Shown here: in pieces, positions 20,258 to 28,860 of the stretch
Position numbering within the stretch: position 1 is the first letter of the stretch
How the letters are laid out: each line of letters starts with the position of its first letter
From: an uncultured Acidobacteriota bacterium
GTDB taxonomy: Bacteria > Acidobacteriota > Vicinamibacteria > Vicinamibacterales > SCN-69-37
Length of the DNA: 64,000 bases
NCBI GenBank assembly: GCA_963780895.1
Contig: CAWAEG010000001.1
Coordinates: 1,114,607 to 1,178,606 of the forward strand
Reading direction: 5' to 3'
Position numbers and translations under genes: made by a program
Notes under the pieces: generated by a model
The model's database searches: none
What the model saw: the letters and a program-made list of their open reading frames with translations, nothing else
Told to the model about the DNA's origin: nothing

Positions 20258-23200
20258 CTACTTCCGGTAAATCGTGATCACGCCTGCGCTGGGAATGTTC
20301 GTCGAGAGCGTCTGTCCCGCGACCAGGGTCACGTTCGACCAGTTCGTGGTCTGCTGCAGCGTCCCGCCCCGCTCGGTCGAGAAGATGCCGTAGACGCCGG
20401 CCGGGAGACCGCTCACCGAGAACGATCCCCCGGTGTCGGACTTGACGACCACGACGTACCGCCCGTCGGCGTTGACGAAGGCCACCGGATTGAAGTTCGC
20501 GTTGCCGGTTGCGTCGATCCGCTGGGCGCCGGGCCGCACGTACTTCGTGTACTGACGGTTCAGCTTCGCGTTCGTGCAGAGCTCGGCGACGCCATTCGTG
20601 AGGCGCGTCCATTGACTGATGCACCCGTAGGCATCGGCGAACACACCCTGCTGCCAGGCGGAGTTCCGGCCCTCGGTGAGATCCTGGTGGAGCATCTCGT
20701 AGTTGGCGCCCGAGTTGGGGGTCATGAAGTCACCCCAGTACTCGAGCATCGACGTCCGCTTGCCCTGCTGCGCGGCGCGCGACGCGATCTGCTGGAGATC
20801 GGAAAGGGTGCCGCCATAGCGGTGGTACGAGAACTCCTTGATCAGCGGCGCCGCGCCGGGTACCGCGAGGATGCCGTCGATGAACGACGGCGCCGCGCCC
20901 ATGTTCGACGTGGAGGGGCCGATGAAGTCCGGCACCGCGAAGCCCGTCCCCTGGAGCCGCGCCGCGGTCGCGACGATGACCGCGCCGAGCTTGTCGGGAC
21001 TCCAGCCGCTCACGTCGTTCGGCTCGAGCATGACCTCGATCCCGTTCGGCACGAAGCCGTACTTCGCGTTCATGTGCTGGAACATCGCGAGCATGAACTC
21101 CGCGTACTCCTGCGGGTTCTGGTTGTGCTCGAACGTCGACGCACCAAAATCGACATACAAGAGGTTGACGTAGGGGGTTTCGCCGCGGGCGATCACGCGC
21201 TGCCGCCATGGCTGGATGATGTGATCGATCCGCCAGTCCAGATTCGTGAAATTGAACCCGGCCGCGTTGATCACGTTCGGGTCAGCGTTGTCGTTGACGA
21301 TGTTATAGCCGCTGCCGTTGCCCGGGCCCTCGGCGCCGGAGCTGATCTCGAGCCGCACGCGATTGATGCCGAGCTCGTTCACGGCGAGATCGAGAAGCGC
21401 CGACCACTGGCTGTCGGTGATCGAGGTGTAGTCGCCGATCGAGCTGAGGACGGCTGCCTCCCAGCCGGTCATGGTCTGGTACCGGACCGACGGGTTCAGC
21501 GTGATCGTGGCGGCGGTCGACGGCGCCGGAACAGACGATGACGGCGGAGGCGGTGCTGGCGCAGGTGCAGGCGCTGGGGCAGGCGCCGGTGCGGGAACAG
21601 ACGATGACGGCGGAGGCGGTGCTGGCGCCGGCGCAGGCGCTGGGGCAGGCGCCGGTGCGGGAGCGGTCGGACTCGTCGGAACGGGAATCCAGCCACCGTT
21701 CTGGCACACGCCAACCAGTCCGGGTATTCCTACGAACGGATCGGTTCCGGGGCAGGTGCCAGGCGCGGGCGCGGGCGCGGGCGCCGGAACAGACGACGAC
21801 GGCGGTGGCGGTGCTGGCGCAGGTGCAGGTGCCGGGCTCGTGGGCGGCAGCCAGCCGCCGTTCGAGCATGTTCCGCCGCCAAGTGCGGCAAACGGGTCGG
21901 GCGTGGTGCACCCGCCCGGCGCGGGCGCTGGCGTGGGACTGGTCGGCGGCAGCCAGCCGCCGTTGACGCACGTGCCGCCACCAAGCGCGACAAACGGATC
22001 GGGCGTCGTGCACCCGGTAATTCCGGAACTGGGTGGGGCAGGCGCCGTCATGGTCGGGGGTAGCCACCCGCCGTTCACGCACGTGCCGCCGCCAAGCGCG
22101 ACAAACGGATCGGGCGTCCGGCATTTGTCGCCGCCCTTGCCGTTGCTCTTGTCTCCAGGGCCGTTCCCTTTCTTCCCGTCGCCAGGCGCCGTCGACGTCA
22201 TGGTCGGCGGCAGCCAGCCACCGTTGACACACGTGCCACCGCCCATCGCCGCGAACGGATCGGGCGTCGTGCAACTGATCGTTGGCGTCGGCGTCGGCGT
22301 CGGCGTCGGCGTTGGCGTCGGCGTTGGCGTCGGCGTCGGCGTGGGCCCGCTCGGCGGCGGCGCCGTTGCGCTCGGCGGAGGCGGAGGCGTCGTGGTCGGC
22401 GGCGGCGACGTCGGGGCCGGCGGCAGCGCAGGCAGCGAGCCGGCCGGACAGGTGAAGCCGACGATGCCGGTGCGGGTGGTCGAGCACGGGGTGATCGCGC
22501 CGGAGATCGAGATGCCGGCGACGCTCCGGGCTTGCGCGTTGGTCAGGCCGGCCACACTGGTGGTGAGCGGCGTCGACGGGATCACGAACGTCGGCGCCTG
22601 CTCGTTGGCGAAGACCTCGAAGTTGTCGTTCGCATTCCCGTTGAAGCTCTCGACGACCATCCGATCCTGGACGATGATGTTCTGGTTCGTGCCGAAGGTG
22701 GGCGTGAAATGGCGGAAGACGTGGGCCTGGCCCTGCGTGCCCGAGAAGCCGGGCACATTGCTGAACTGCACGTTGCGCGCGACCACCAGCCGCGGCGGAA
22801 TCGCGCTGCCGCCGCCGGTGACGCCGTACGGCGTGTTCATGTACACGTTCCAGTAGTTCTTGAGCGTGCTGTTCTCGACGGTCAGCGTGCCGGGGGTGTT
22901 GCCGTAGATATCGCTGGTGTCGCCGGCCTTGATCGGCGCCTGGATGCCGATGCGGAGCCCCTGGATGTCCGCCTGCCGGATGACGATGTTGCGGGCGATG
23001 TAGTCGCCGAAGAAGAACGACGCCGGGTTCTCATGCGTGTTCGTCAGCATCGACGGGTCGTTGTAGTGGACCCAGCCGTCGAACGTGACGCGGTTCTCGC
23101 CGTAGCCGTAAAAGCCCAGGACGCCGACGTTCCACATCCGCGTGTTGAGGAACGTACTGACCGGCACGTCGTAGACGTCGGTGCAGCAGGCGGCGCCGAG

Positions 23201-24742
23201 GTTCCAGACGGTGATGCCGCGGTGCACGCCGTAGAACTCGTTGGCGCTGAACTCCCGCAGCGGCACGGCCATCATGTTGACCGAATGCCCCGACAGTTTC
23301 GGGTCGGCGCCGGGAGCGCTCGGCACTTGTACGCTGCCGACGCCCAGCATCATGTAGGTGACTGCGTAGGAATTCGCGTTGGCGACGACGTTGTTCCGGA
23401 CGATGTTGTCGGGTCCGCGCAGCCAGATGCCCGATCCTTCCCAGCCCCAGTCGTTGATGCCCTGGCGCCCGTCCGCCCGGTCGTGGCCGGTGCCCCAGGC
23501 CCGGACGATGAAGTTGTTCTGGATGACGTTGGCCGTCTCCGAGCCGTCCTCCGTCATGATGCCCGCGCCGGCGGCGTTGTACACGACGTTGTCCTGCACC
23601 AGCCCGTAGTGGGTGTTGTGGATCGTGATTCCCCACTTGGTACCGCCGTCAATCGCATTGCCGATCACGATGAACTGATAGCTGTTGGGCGGCGGCGATG
23701 CCGGGCCGAACAGATGGTGCAGGTGCAGCGAGTAGCGGCCGATCTGGTTGGTTCCAATGTGCGTGGCATGCCCGGAGCTCATGACCGTCGAATCGAGCGG
23801 CGAAATCGTCGTGCGCCCGAGCTCCCTGAAGGCCGTGTAGCGAATGTCCACTTCAGCCCGATCGGTCATCAGCACGTGCCCGCGCGTACCCTGCGGGTTC
23901 TGCGATCGAATGACGACGTTCCGCGTGATGTTGCCGACGTGGGGCAGGAACACCAGGGCGCCGGCCGCGTTGCGGCCGCCGCCGTGCGGGAACGCGAGGC
24001 CACCCGCCAGCGCCAGGCCCGATCCCGACGCGGCCGCGAGCGTCGGCGTCTCCCACTGACCGACATACGACGCCGGACTCTGCGACGACTGATTCGTGCC
24101 CGGCAGGACGAGCCGATCGCCGCCCTGCCAGCCGGCGACGCCGGCTGCCAGTGCCAAGGACGACTGACCGGCGTTGGCTTCAGCCGAGAGCCGCACGAAC
24201 GTCGGCGACTTCACCGATCCGTGCATGGTGATCCGGCCGAAGCCGAGCAGGCCCGTGCCGTACTGTTCGGGATCCGTCCCGGTATCGACCGGCCGATCGG
24301 CGATCACGATCTCGGCGGTCACGTTGGCCGCGACGGGCGCTCCGCTCGTCCCGATCTGCAAGCCCGCCCCGGGCATGATCGTGAGCGTGCCCACCGTGAG
24401 CCGCGTCGAGACGTCCGTGCGGAAGGTGAGCTGGCCGTGAACATTCACGCACGTGAGGTCCGCGTCGCTCTGGCGATCGTAGGTGACGGTCGTGCCGGCC
24501 GAGACCGCGACGCGGTCGTTCACCGTCGGCACCTGCCCGATCGACCAGGTGGCGGGATCGGACCACGAACCGCTTCGGACCGACGCGATCGTCGGGTTCG
24601 TACAGAGATTCGGAATGCCGTTGGCGAGCTGCGCTTCAGCGAGGCCGGGAGCCGCCGCGAGGGCGCTCAACGAGATGCAAAGAATGTGTGCTGCAGTCTG
24701 TGTACGACGGGGAAGAGTAATCAGATTCAGCGATTGATTCAT
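20258..24742 (-). CDS. Giant secreted G8 + parallel beta-helix + 5x Cys-repeat + GH30-like protein, tandem copy 2 (intact, 1494 aa)
   Basis: ATG at 24742 (MNQSLNLITLPRRTQTAAHILCISLSALAAAPGLAEA); the track ORF start 24862 is an upstream extension. G8-like SGSWSDPATWSIGQVPTVNDRVAV...VNVHGQLTF. PbH1-like repeats NAIDGGTKWGITIHNTHYGLVQDNVVYNAAGAGIMTEDGSETANVIQNNF. Pro-rich linker. C-terminal ITLNPSVRYQTMTGWEA...EVMLEPND... TIM-barrel-like domain plus beta-sandwich tail. Confidence 0.85.
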   Translation of the reverse strand: MNQSLNLITLPRRTQTAAHILCISLSALAAAPGLAEAQLANGIPNLCTNPTIASVRSGSWSDPATWSIGQVPTVNDRVAVSAGTTVTYDRQSDADLTCVNVHGQLTFRTDVSTRLTVGTLTIMPGAGLQIGTSGAPVAANVTAEIVIADRPVDTGTDPEQYGTGLLGFGRITMHGSVKSPTFVRLSAEANAGQSSLALAAGVAGWQGGDRLVLPGTNQSSQSPASYVGQWETPTLAAASGSGLALAGGLAFPHGGGRNAAGALVFLPHVGNITRNVVIRSQNPQGTRGHVLMTDRAEVDIRYTAFRELGRTTISPLDSTVMSSGHATHIGTNQIGRYSLHLHHLFGPASPPPNSYQFIVIGNAIDGGTKWGITIHNTHYGLVQDNVVYNAAGAGIMTEDGSETANVIQNNFIVRAWGTGHDRADGRQGINDWGWEGSGIWLRGPDNIVRNNVVANANSYAVTYMMLGVGSVQVPSAPGADPKLSGHSVNMMAVPLREFSANEFYGVHRGITVWNLGAACCTDVYDVPVSTFLNTRMWNVGVLGFYGYGENRVTFDGWVHYNDPSMLTNTHENPASFFFGDYIARNIVIRQADIQGLRIGIQAPIKAGDTSDIYGNTPGTLTVENSTLKNYWNVYMNTPYGVTGGGSAIPPRLVVARNVQFSNVPGFSGTQGQAHVFRHFTPTFGTNQNIIVQDRMVVESFNGNANDNFEVFANEQAPTFVIPSTPLTTSVAGLTNAQARSVAGISISGAITPCSTTRTGIVGFTCPAGSLPALPPAPTSPPPTTTPPPPPSATAPPPSGPTPTPTPTPTPTPTPTPTPTPTISCTTPDPFAAMGGGTCVNGGWLPPTMTSTAPGDGKKGNGPGDKSNGKGGDKCRTPDPFVALGGGTCVNGGWLPPTMTAPAPPSSGITGCTTPDPFVALGGGTCVNGGWLPPTSPTPAPAPGGCTTPDPFAALGGGTCSNGGWLPPTSPAPAPAPAPPPPSSSVPAPAPAPAPGTCPGTDPFVGIPGLVGVCQNGGWIPVPTSPTAPAPAPAPAPAPAPAPPPPSSSVPAPAPAPAPAPAPAPPPPSSSVPAPSTAATITLNPSVRYQTMTGWEAAVLSSIGDYTSITDSQWSALLDLAVNELGINRVRLEISSGAEGPGNGSGYNIVNDNADPNVINAAGFNFTNLDWRIDHIIQPWRQRVIARGETPYVNLLYVDFGASTFEHNQNPQEYAEFMLAMFQHMNAKYGFVPNGIEVMLEPNDVSGWSPDKLGAVIVATAARLQGTGFAVPDFIGPSTSNMGAAPSFIDGILAVPGAAPLIKEFSYHRYGGTLSDLQQIASRAAQQGKRTSMLEYWGDFMTPNSGANYEMLHQDLTEGRNSAWQQGVFADAYGCISQWTRLTNGVAELCTNAKLNRQYTKYVRPGAQRIDATGNANFNPVAFVNADGRYVVVVKSDTGGSFSVSGLPAGVYGIFSTERGGTLQQTTNWSNVTLVAGQTLSTNIPSAGVITIYRK
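21528..21659 (-). repeat. 2 x 66-bp tandem direct repeat encoding PAPAPAPAPAPAPPPPSSSV-type linker
   Basis: Unit 21528-21593 and unit 21594-21659 differ at only a few positions. A third, diverged copy lies at about 21785-21840. Confidence 0.85.
21678..22273 (-). repeat. Array of five copies (4 canonical, 1 degenerate) of the 23-aa two-Cys module (copy 2 linker)
   Basis: CTTPDPFAAMGGGTCVNGGWLPP (~22208-22273), CRTPDPFVALGGGTCVNGGWLPP (~22050-22115), CTTPDPFVALGGGTCVNGGWLPP (~21946-22013), CTTPDPFAALGGGTCSNGGWLPP (~21846-21911), and the degenerate CPGTDPFVGIPGLVGVCQNGGWIP (~21678-21757). Confidence 0.85.
22281..22346 (-). repeat. Hexanucleotide microsatellite (GGCGTY)x11 encoding (PT)11
   Basis: gttggcgtcggcgtcggcgtcggcgtcggcgttggcgtcggcgttggcgtcggcgtcggcgtgggc. 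In-frame coding repeat present only in copy 2. Confidence 0.9.
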
Positions 24743-24772
24743 GCCACACCCGGGAGAGCCGCGGGTCAGGGG

Positions 24773-24787
24773 GCAATCCGGGTGCCA
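24773..24787 (-). promoter_or_regulatory. Sigma-54 (-24/-12) promoter of tandem copy 2
   Basis: Minus strand reads TGGCAC-CCGGA-TTGC, identical to the copy 1 promoter. 30 nt separate it from ATG 24742. Confidence 0.7.
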
Positions 24788-24916
24788 TCGTACTGCAGCT
24801 AATTTTGTTCGGGATCTCGCGGAATTGTGAGGTGCCCTGTGCGGAGGAGTGCGTCTACACACCTTACGATGTCGTAAGAGGTTCGGATTTGTAAGGATGC
24901 TCTCCGTTGATTCGGA

Positions 24917-26119
24917 TCAACCCGCGGCGACAGCGAGCGGTTGCGCCGCACTCCGCATGATGGGCTCGACCTCGCGAAGCTGCTCTGACCATCGCAATGA
25001 ATCGAGCGGCGCCGACGCCGCGAGCCGGCGCCGTTCCTCCGCCGGGCGTCTCAACAGATCGATGACCGCGCGCGCGAACAGCTCCGCTTCCTCCGCCACG
25101 GAACAGACGCTGACGACGCCGGAGGGCAGTCCGCGCGCCACCGCAGGCGTGATGACGGAGGGCAGACCCGCAGCGAGCGCTTCGAACACTTTCGTCTGGA
25201 TGCCCTGGGCCAGGTGGATCGGCGCAACCGCCACGGCGGACTTCCAGAGATAGGGCTGCACGCTCGGCACTTGCCCGACGATCTCGATCGACGCATCCAC
25301 TTCTGCGAGCTGCTTCACCGCGCGGGTCGGCGACGAGCCAACGATCATGAACCGCGCATCCGGGATCGCGGATCGCACCTGCGGCCAGACGTTGCCGGCG
25401 AACCAGGCGACCGCGCGTTCGTTCGGGTGGTAGTTCATCACGCCGCAAAAGACGACGATGGGCTCGGCAGCCGGAGGACCGGACGGCTTGAAGACGTCGA
25501 GGTCGATGCCGGCGGGTACCACCACCACGCGCGCGGTGGGCGCAATTCTTTCAAGGGCGATCCGTTCACGATCATTCACGACGAGCGACGCCCGCGCGCG
25601 TGTCGCGGCGGTGCGCTCGAACGCGCGCAGCGTTCGCGCCTCGCGGCGGTAGATCCAGCGTCGCGGACCGCGAGACACGTTCGCGAGCTGGTCCCACTTG
25701 ACCGAATCGACGTCGACCATGTCCAGCACGAACGGGAGATCGACGAGCGGCGGCTCGAGCGCAAAGCGCGCCATCCCGGAGCAGAACGCCACGACGAGAT
25801 CGAACGGGTGCCGGTCGACGAGCGCCCGGAGGTCGGAATGAATGTCGGCGGCGTCGAGGAGGCTGTGGGTCAAGGGCCGGGTCGTGGCCAGTCGCGTCGC
25901 CCCTCGGGCGAGATTCGCCAGATAGTGGACGCGTCGGCACGTGACGTCATGCGTGAACGGAACAGCGGTGCTCTTGGCCAGCTCCTCGTCGTCGTGCACC
26001 AGCGAGAACAGCGAGACGTCCGCGAACCGCGACATCTCGCGCAGCAGGTAAAACGCGCGGATTCGATCGCCGCGATTGGGAGCGTACGGCAGCCGGTGAG
26101 TCAGGAAGAGAATCCTCAT
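24917..26119 (-). CDS. Glycosyltransferase family 4 (PEP-CTERM/EpsH1 system-associated sugar transferase, stp1-like)
   Basis: ATG at 26119 (MRILFLTHRLPYAPNRGDRIRAFYLLREM, typical stp1-type N-terminus). ATGA overlap with the upstream gene. The track ORF start 26431 is an extension. Confidence 0.8.
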   Translation of the reverse strand: MRILFLTHRLPYAPNRGDRIRAFYLLREMSRFADVSLFSLVHDDEELAKSTAVPFTHDVTCRRVHYLANLARGATRLATTRPLTHSLLDAADIHSDLRALVDRHPFDLVVAFCSGMARFALEPPLVDLPFVLDMVDVDSVKWDQLANVSRGPRRWIYRREARTLRAFERTAATRARASLVVNDRERIALERIAPTARVVVVPAGIDLDVFKPSGPPAAEPIVVFCGVMNYHPNERAVAWFAGNVWPQVRSAIPDARFMIVGSSPTRAVKQLAEVDASIEIVGQVPSVQPYLWKSAVAVAPIHLAQGIQTKVFEALAAGLPSVITPAVARGLPSGVVSVCSVAEEAELFARAVIDLLRRPAEERRRLAASAPLDSLRWSEQLREVEPIMRSAAQPLAVAAG

Positions 26120-26715
26120 GCGCCCGCGGTCACCGGCTGCCGGCTGCGAATGACCCGGGCCGGCACACCCGCCGCGATGGCGTAATCGGGAATCGGCACG
26201 GTCACGACGGCACCGGCGCCGATCACGCAGTGCCGGCCGACATCGGCGAGCACGACGGCGCCGCTTCCGACCCACGTGCCTTCGCCGATGCGCACGAGCG
26301 TGCGGGCCCCCGGCTGCTCGCGGATGGGCCGATCGAGATCGGTGATGCCGTGGGTCTCCGCCCCGCTCGGGACGTGGACGGCTGCCGCGAGCAGGACGTC
26401 GCGCTCGAGGTGCACCAGCCCGAGATGGCATCTCGGTCCGACGTAGACGTTGGCGTCGATCCGGGCGCCGGCCTGGCTGAAGATCGTCCCGAACTGGATG
26501 GTCGCGGATCGGTCGCAGTGCGCGAGCGTCCGGGCCAGGAACGCGCGCCGGAGGTACTCGCCGGCCAGTCCCGGCAGGAGCGACAGCATCTGCGTCGAGC
26601 CCTCGAGGGCGCGGTCCGTGCCCAGAGCCGCCCTCCGGATCGCGAACGAGATCAGGCCGGGCACGACGACAATCGTCGCCAGACCGTGCGCCACCGCTTT
26701 GGCCGCCTCACGCAT
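26116..26715 (-). CDS. Hexapeptide-repeat (LbH) acyl/acetyltransferase
   Basis: ATG at 26715 (MREAAKAV...). Left-handed beta-helix repeats (ANVYVGPRCHLG...; IGEGTWVGSGAVVLADVGRHCVIGAGAVV). 8-nt overlap with the upstream gene. Confidence 0.75.
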   Translation of the reverse strand: MREAAKAVAHGLATIVVVPGLISFAIRRAALGTDRALEGSTQMLSLLPGLAGEYLRRAFLARTLAHCDRSATIQFGTIFSQAGARIDANVYVGPRCHLGLVHLERDVLLAAAVHVPSGAETHGITDLDRPIREQPGARTLVRIGEGTWVGSGAVVLADVGRHCVIGAGAVVTVPIPDYAIAAGVPARVIRSRQPVTAGA

Positions 26716-27889
26716 GGTGAGGCACTCCGCCCATCGCGTTGACCTCGCGGTGTTCGCGGGCCAGCTCCTCGTAGACCTGCTCGAGCCGGCGCGTTCTCGC
26801 CTCGAAGGACAGCTCGGTTTCCACCCGGTGCCGGGCCGCAGCCGCGCGCTGTCGCGCGCCGCTCCCGTCGTCGAGCATCCGCTGCATCGCCGCCTGGAGC
26901 CCACGGACGTCACGAGGCTGGACGAGCAGCGCGTGGAAGTCGTGCGCGGCCAGTTCGCCTGTGCCCCCGACGTCCGTGGCGACAATCGGCGTGCTCATGG
27001 CCATGGCTTCGAGCACCGCGTTGGGCGTGCCTTCGTATTCGGACGACTGCGCGAAGAGGTCGAATGCGTGATGGAGATCGGCGATGTCCAGCCGGTGACC
27101 CAGAAGTGTGCACGCCTGTCCGAGACCCAGGGCGGCGATCCGGGCGGCGAGTTCGCCGCGCAGGCTGCCGTCACCGACGATCACCAGGCGCAGATTCGGC
27201 TCGGTCCGCGCGAGCGGCGCGAACGCTTCGAGCAGGAGATCGAAACGTTTCTGTCGCTCGAGCCGGCCGACAGCGCCGATGACGACGTCCGTGAGATCGA
27301 GACCGAGCTCCCGGCGGACAATCTCGTCCCGGCCGTCGATCCGCCTGAACGCGTCGGGATCGATGCCGTTCAGGATCACGGTGACGCGGTCTTCCCGCAT
27401 GCCGTGCCGGACGAGCTCGTTCTTGATGTCGCTCGAGACGGCAATCACACGCGGGAATCTGGCGAGGAGCCGCTTGCCGGCCGGGTAATAGAGGTAGCGC
27501 TCGCGCGCCGATTGGCCGGTCCAGCCGTGCGCGGTCGAGAGAGGAATCACGCCGGTCCGCCGCGCGAGCAACAGCGCCAGCAGATCCGTCTTGTAGTCGT
27601 GCGAGTGCACGATGTCGATCCGCCGATCCCGCACCAGCGACGCGAGCGGCCTCCAGATGCCGAGATCGAAGGAGTGCCGCTCGTGAACCTCGACGTAGTC
27701 GATGTTCAGCTGGCTCGCGCGCTCGTCGATGCCGAAAATCGGATCGCGCAGGTCGCGCAGGTAGCACACGGTCACCGCGAAGCGCTTCCGATCCGTGCAT
27801 TCGGTGCCGAGGAGAATCGTCTTCTCGGGACCGCCGCCCGTGCCGCGGACGCTCCGGAGTTCCAGGATCGACAGACGGTTGCTCGTCAC
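26708..27889 (-). CDS. Glycosyltransferase family 4
   Basis: GTG at 27889 forms a GTGA overlap with the upstream stop. GT4 C-terminal motifs (GRLERQKRFDLLLEAF...SEYEGTPNAVLEAMAMSTPIVATDVGG). Confidence 0.8.
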   Translation of the reverse strand: MTSNRLSILELRSVRGTGGGPEKTILLGTECTDRKRFAVTVCYLRDLRDPIFGIDERASQLNIDYVEVHERHSFDLGIWRPLASLVRDRRIDIVHSHDYKTDLLALLLARRTGVIPLSTAHGWTGQSARERYLYYPAGKRLLARFPRVIAVSSDIKNELVRHGMREDRVTVILNGIDPDAFRRIDGRDEIVRRELGLDLTDVVIGAVGRLERQKRFDLLLEAFAPLARTEPNLRLVIVGDGSLRGELAARIAALGLGQACTLLGHRLDIADLHHAFDLFAQSSEYEGTPNAVLEAMAMSTPIVATDVGGTGELAAHDFHALLVQPRDVRGLQAAMQRMLDDGSGARQRAAAARHRVETELSFEARTRRLEQVYEELAREHREVNAMGGVPHHA

Positions 27890-28860
27890 GCCGTCGCTCC
27901 ACGCCGCCGCCGGCCGTAGCCGACGCGAGCGGTCAACGCGAGCGCCCGCCCCAGCTCGTACGCAGCGGCGACGGCAAAGGCCTGAGGGAAATCGCGCGAC
28001 GGCGCGCCGCCGACCATGACCGACGCCCGGAGCGCCATCAGAACGAGTACGGAGACACCCGAGACCACCGCGATCGCGAGACCCGCCAGGGTCCCGGAGA
28101 TCAGCCCGATGACGACGAGTGCCAGCGCGACCAGATTGAACACCGGGATCGCGGCGCTCACGATCATCCGCCACGATCGCGGCGGTCGCAGGCTGACGCG
28201 AACGTTGTCGCGCCCCCGCCAGAGCTCGCCGAAGAACACGTGCCGCAACGTGCTGGGATCGCCGAAGTGCACGTTGTGAAGGCGGGCGTCGGCCACCAGC
28301 GTGAATCCCTGCGCGCGCAGCTTGCGGCACAGGTCGACGTCTTCGCAGGTTTCGAGCGTGGTGTCGAAGCCGCCGACGCGCTCGAAGGCCGTGCGCCGGA
28401 CGGCCATGTTGCCGCTGCCCAGCCAGGAGACGGCTTCCTGGGTGCGGGGGTGGCGGCGCAGTCCGTCATACAGCCGCTGGACCCATGTCGCGGGCGACGG
28501 CGGCCGGCAGGGCGCCCCCACCGCGGCGACCTGCGCGTCGGCCAGGGCGCTGATCGCGGCGGGAACCCAGTCGGCGCCAATCTCATGGTCGGCGTCCACG
28601 AAGGCCAGCACGTCTCCGCGCGCCGCCTGGACAGCCCGGTTGCGCAACTCGCCAAGCCGGACATCCGGCAGCATGATCACGGTCGCGCCGGCCTGGCGCG
28701 CCACCGCGGCGGATTCGTCCGTGGATCCGTTGTCAGCGACGACAACTTCAACACGGCCCGCGGGGTGCGCGCCGGTGGTGATGCTTCGCAGGCAGTGTTC
28801 GAGCCGCCGCGCGTCGTTTCGCACCGGGATGATGAACGACACGATCGGGCCGCCCGTCAT
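27886..28860 (-). CDS. Glycosyltransferase family 2 with C-terminal TM segments
   Basis: VSFIIPVRNDARRLEHCL, VVADNGSTDES, FVDADH and CEDVDL (DxD/ED motifs), followed by hydrophobic C-terminal helices. Confidence 0.85.
   Translation of the reverse strand: MTGGPIVSFIIPVRNDARRLEHCLRSITTGAHPAGRVEVVVADNGSTDESAAVARQAGATVIMLPDVRLGELRNRAVQAARGDVLAFVDADHEIGADWVPAAISALADAQVAAVGAPCRPPSPATWVQRLYDGLRRHPRTQEAVSWLGSGNMAVRRTAFERVGGFDTTLETCEDVDLCRKLRAQGFTLVADARLHNVHFGDPSTLRHVFFGELWRGRDNVRVSLRPPRSWRMIVSAAIPVFNLVALALVVIGLISGTLAGLAIAVVSGVSVLVLMALRASVMVGGAPSRDFPQAFAVAAAYELGRALALTARVGYGRRRRGATA

Larger units (their letters stand above)
20258..24787 (-). repeat. Tandem duplication unit 2
   Basis: See unit 1. About 500 bp longer than unit 1 because of linker repeat expansion. 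Confidence 0.9.

Noticed and set aside
21528-22346. Regularly spaced direct repeats considered as a possible CRISPR array.
   Set aside because: The repeats are in-frame coding repeats (Cys modules, PA/PT linkers) inside a long ORF that has a paralog. There are no unique spacers of uniform length and no cas genes.
16019-24787. The tandem duplication considered as a mobile or composite element.
   Set aside because: There is no transposase, integrase, terminal inverted repeat or target-site duplication. The units are head-to-tail and include their own promoter, consistent with simple segmental duplication.
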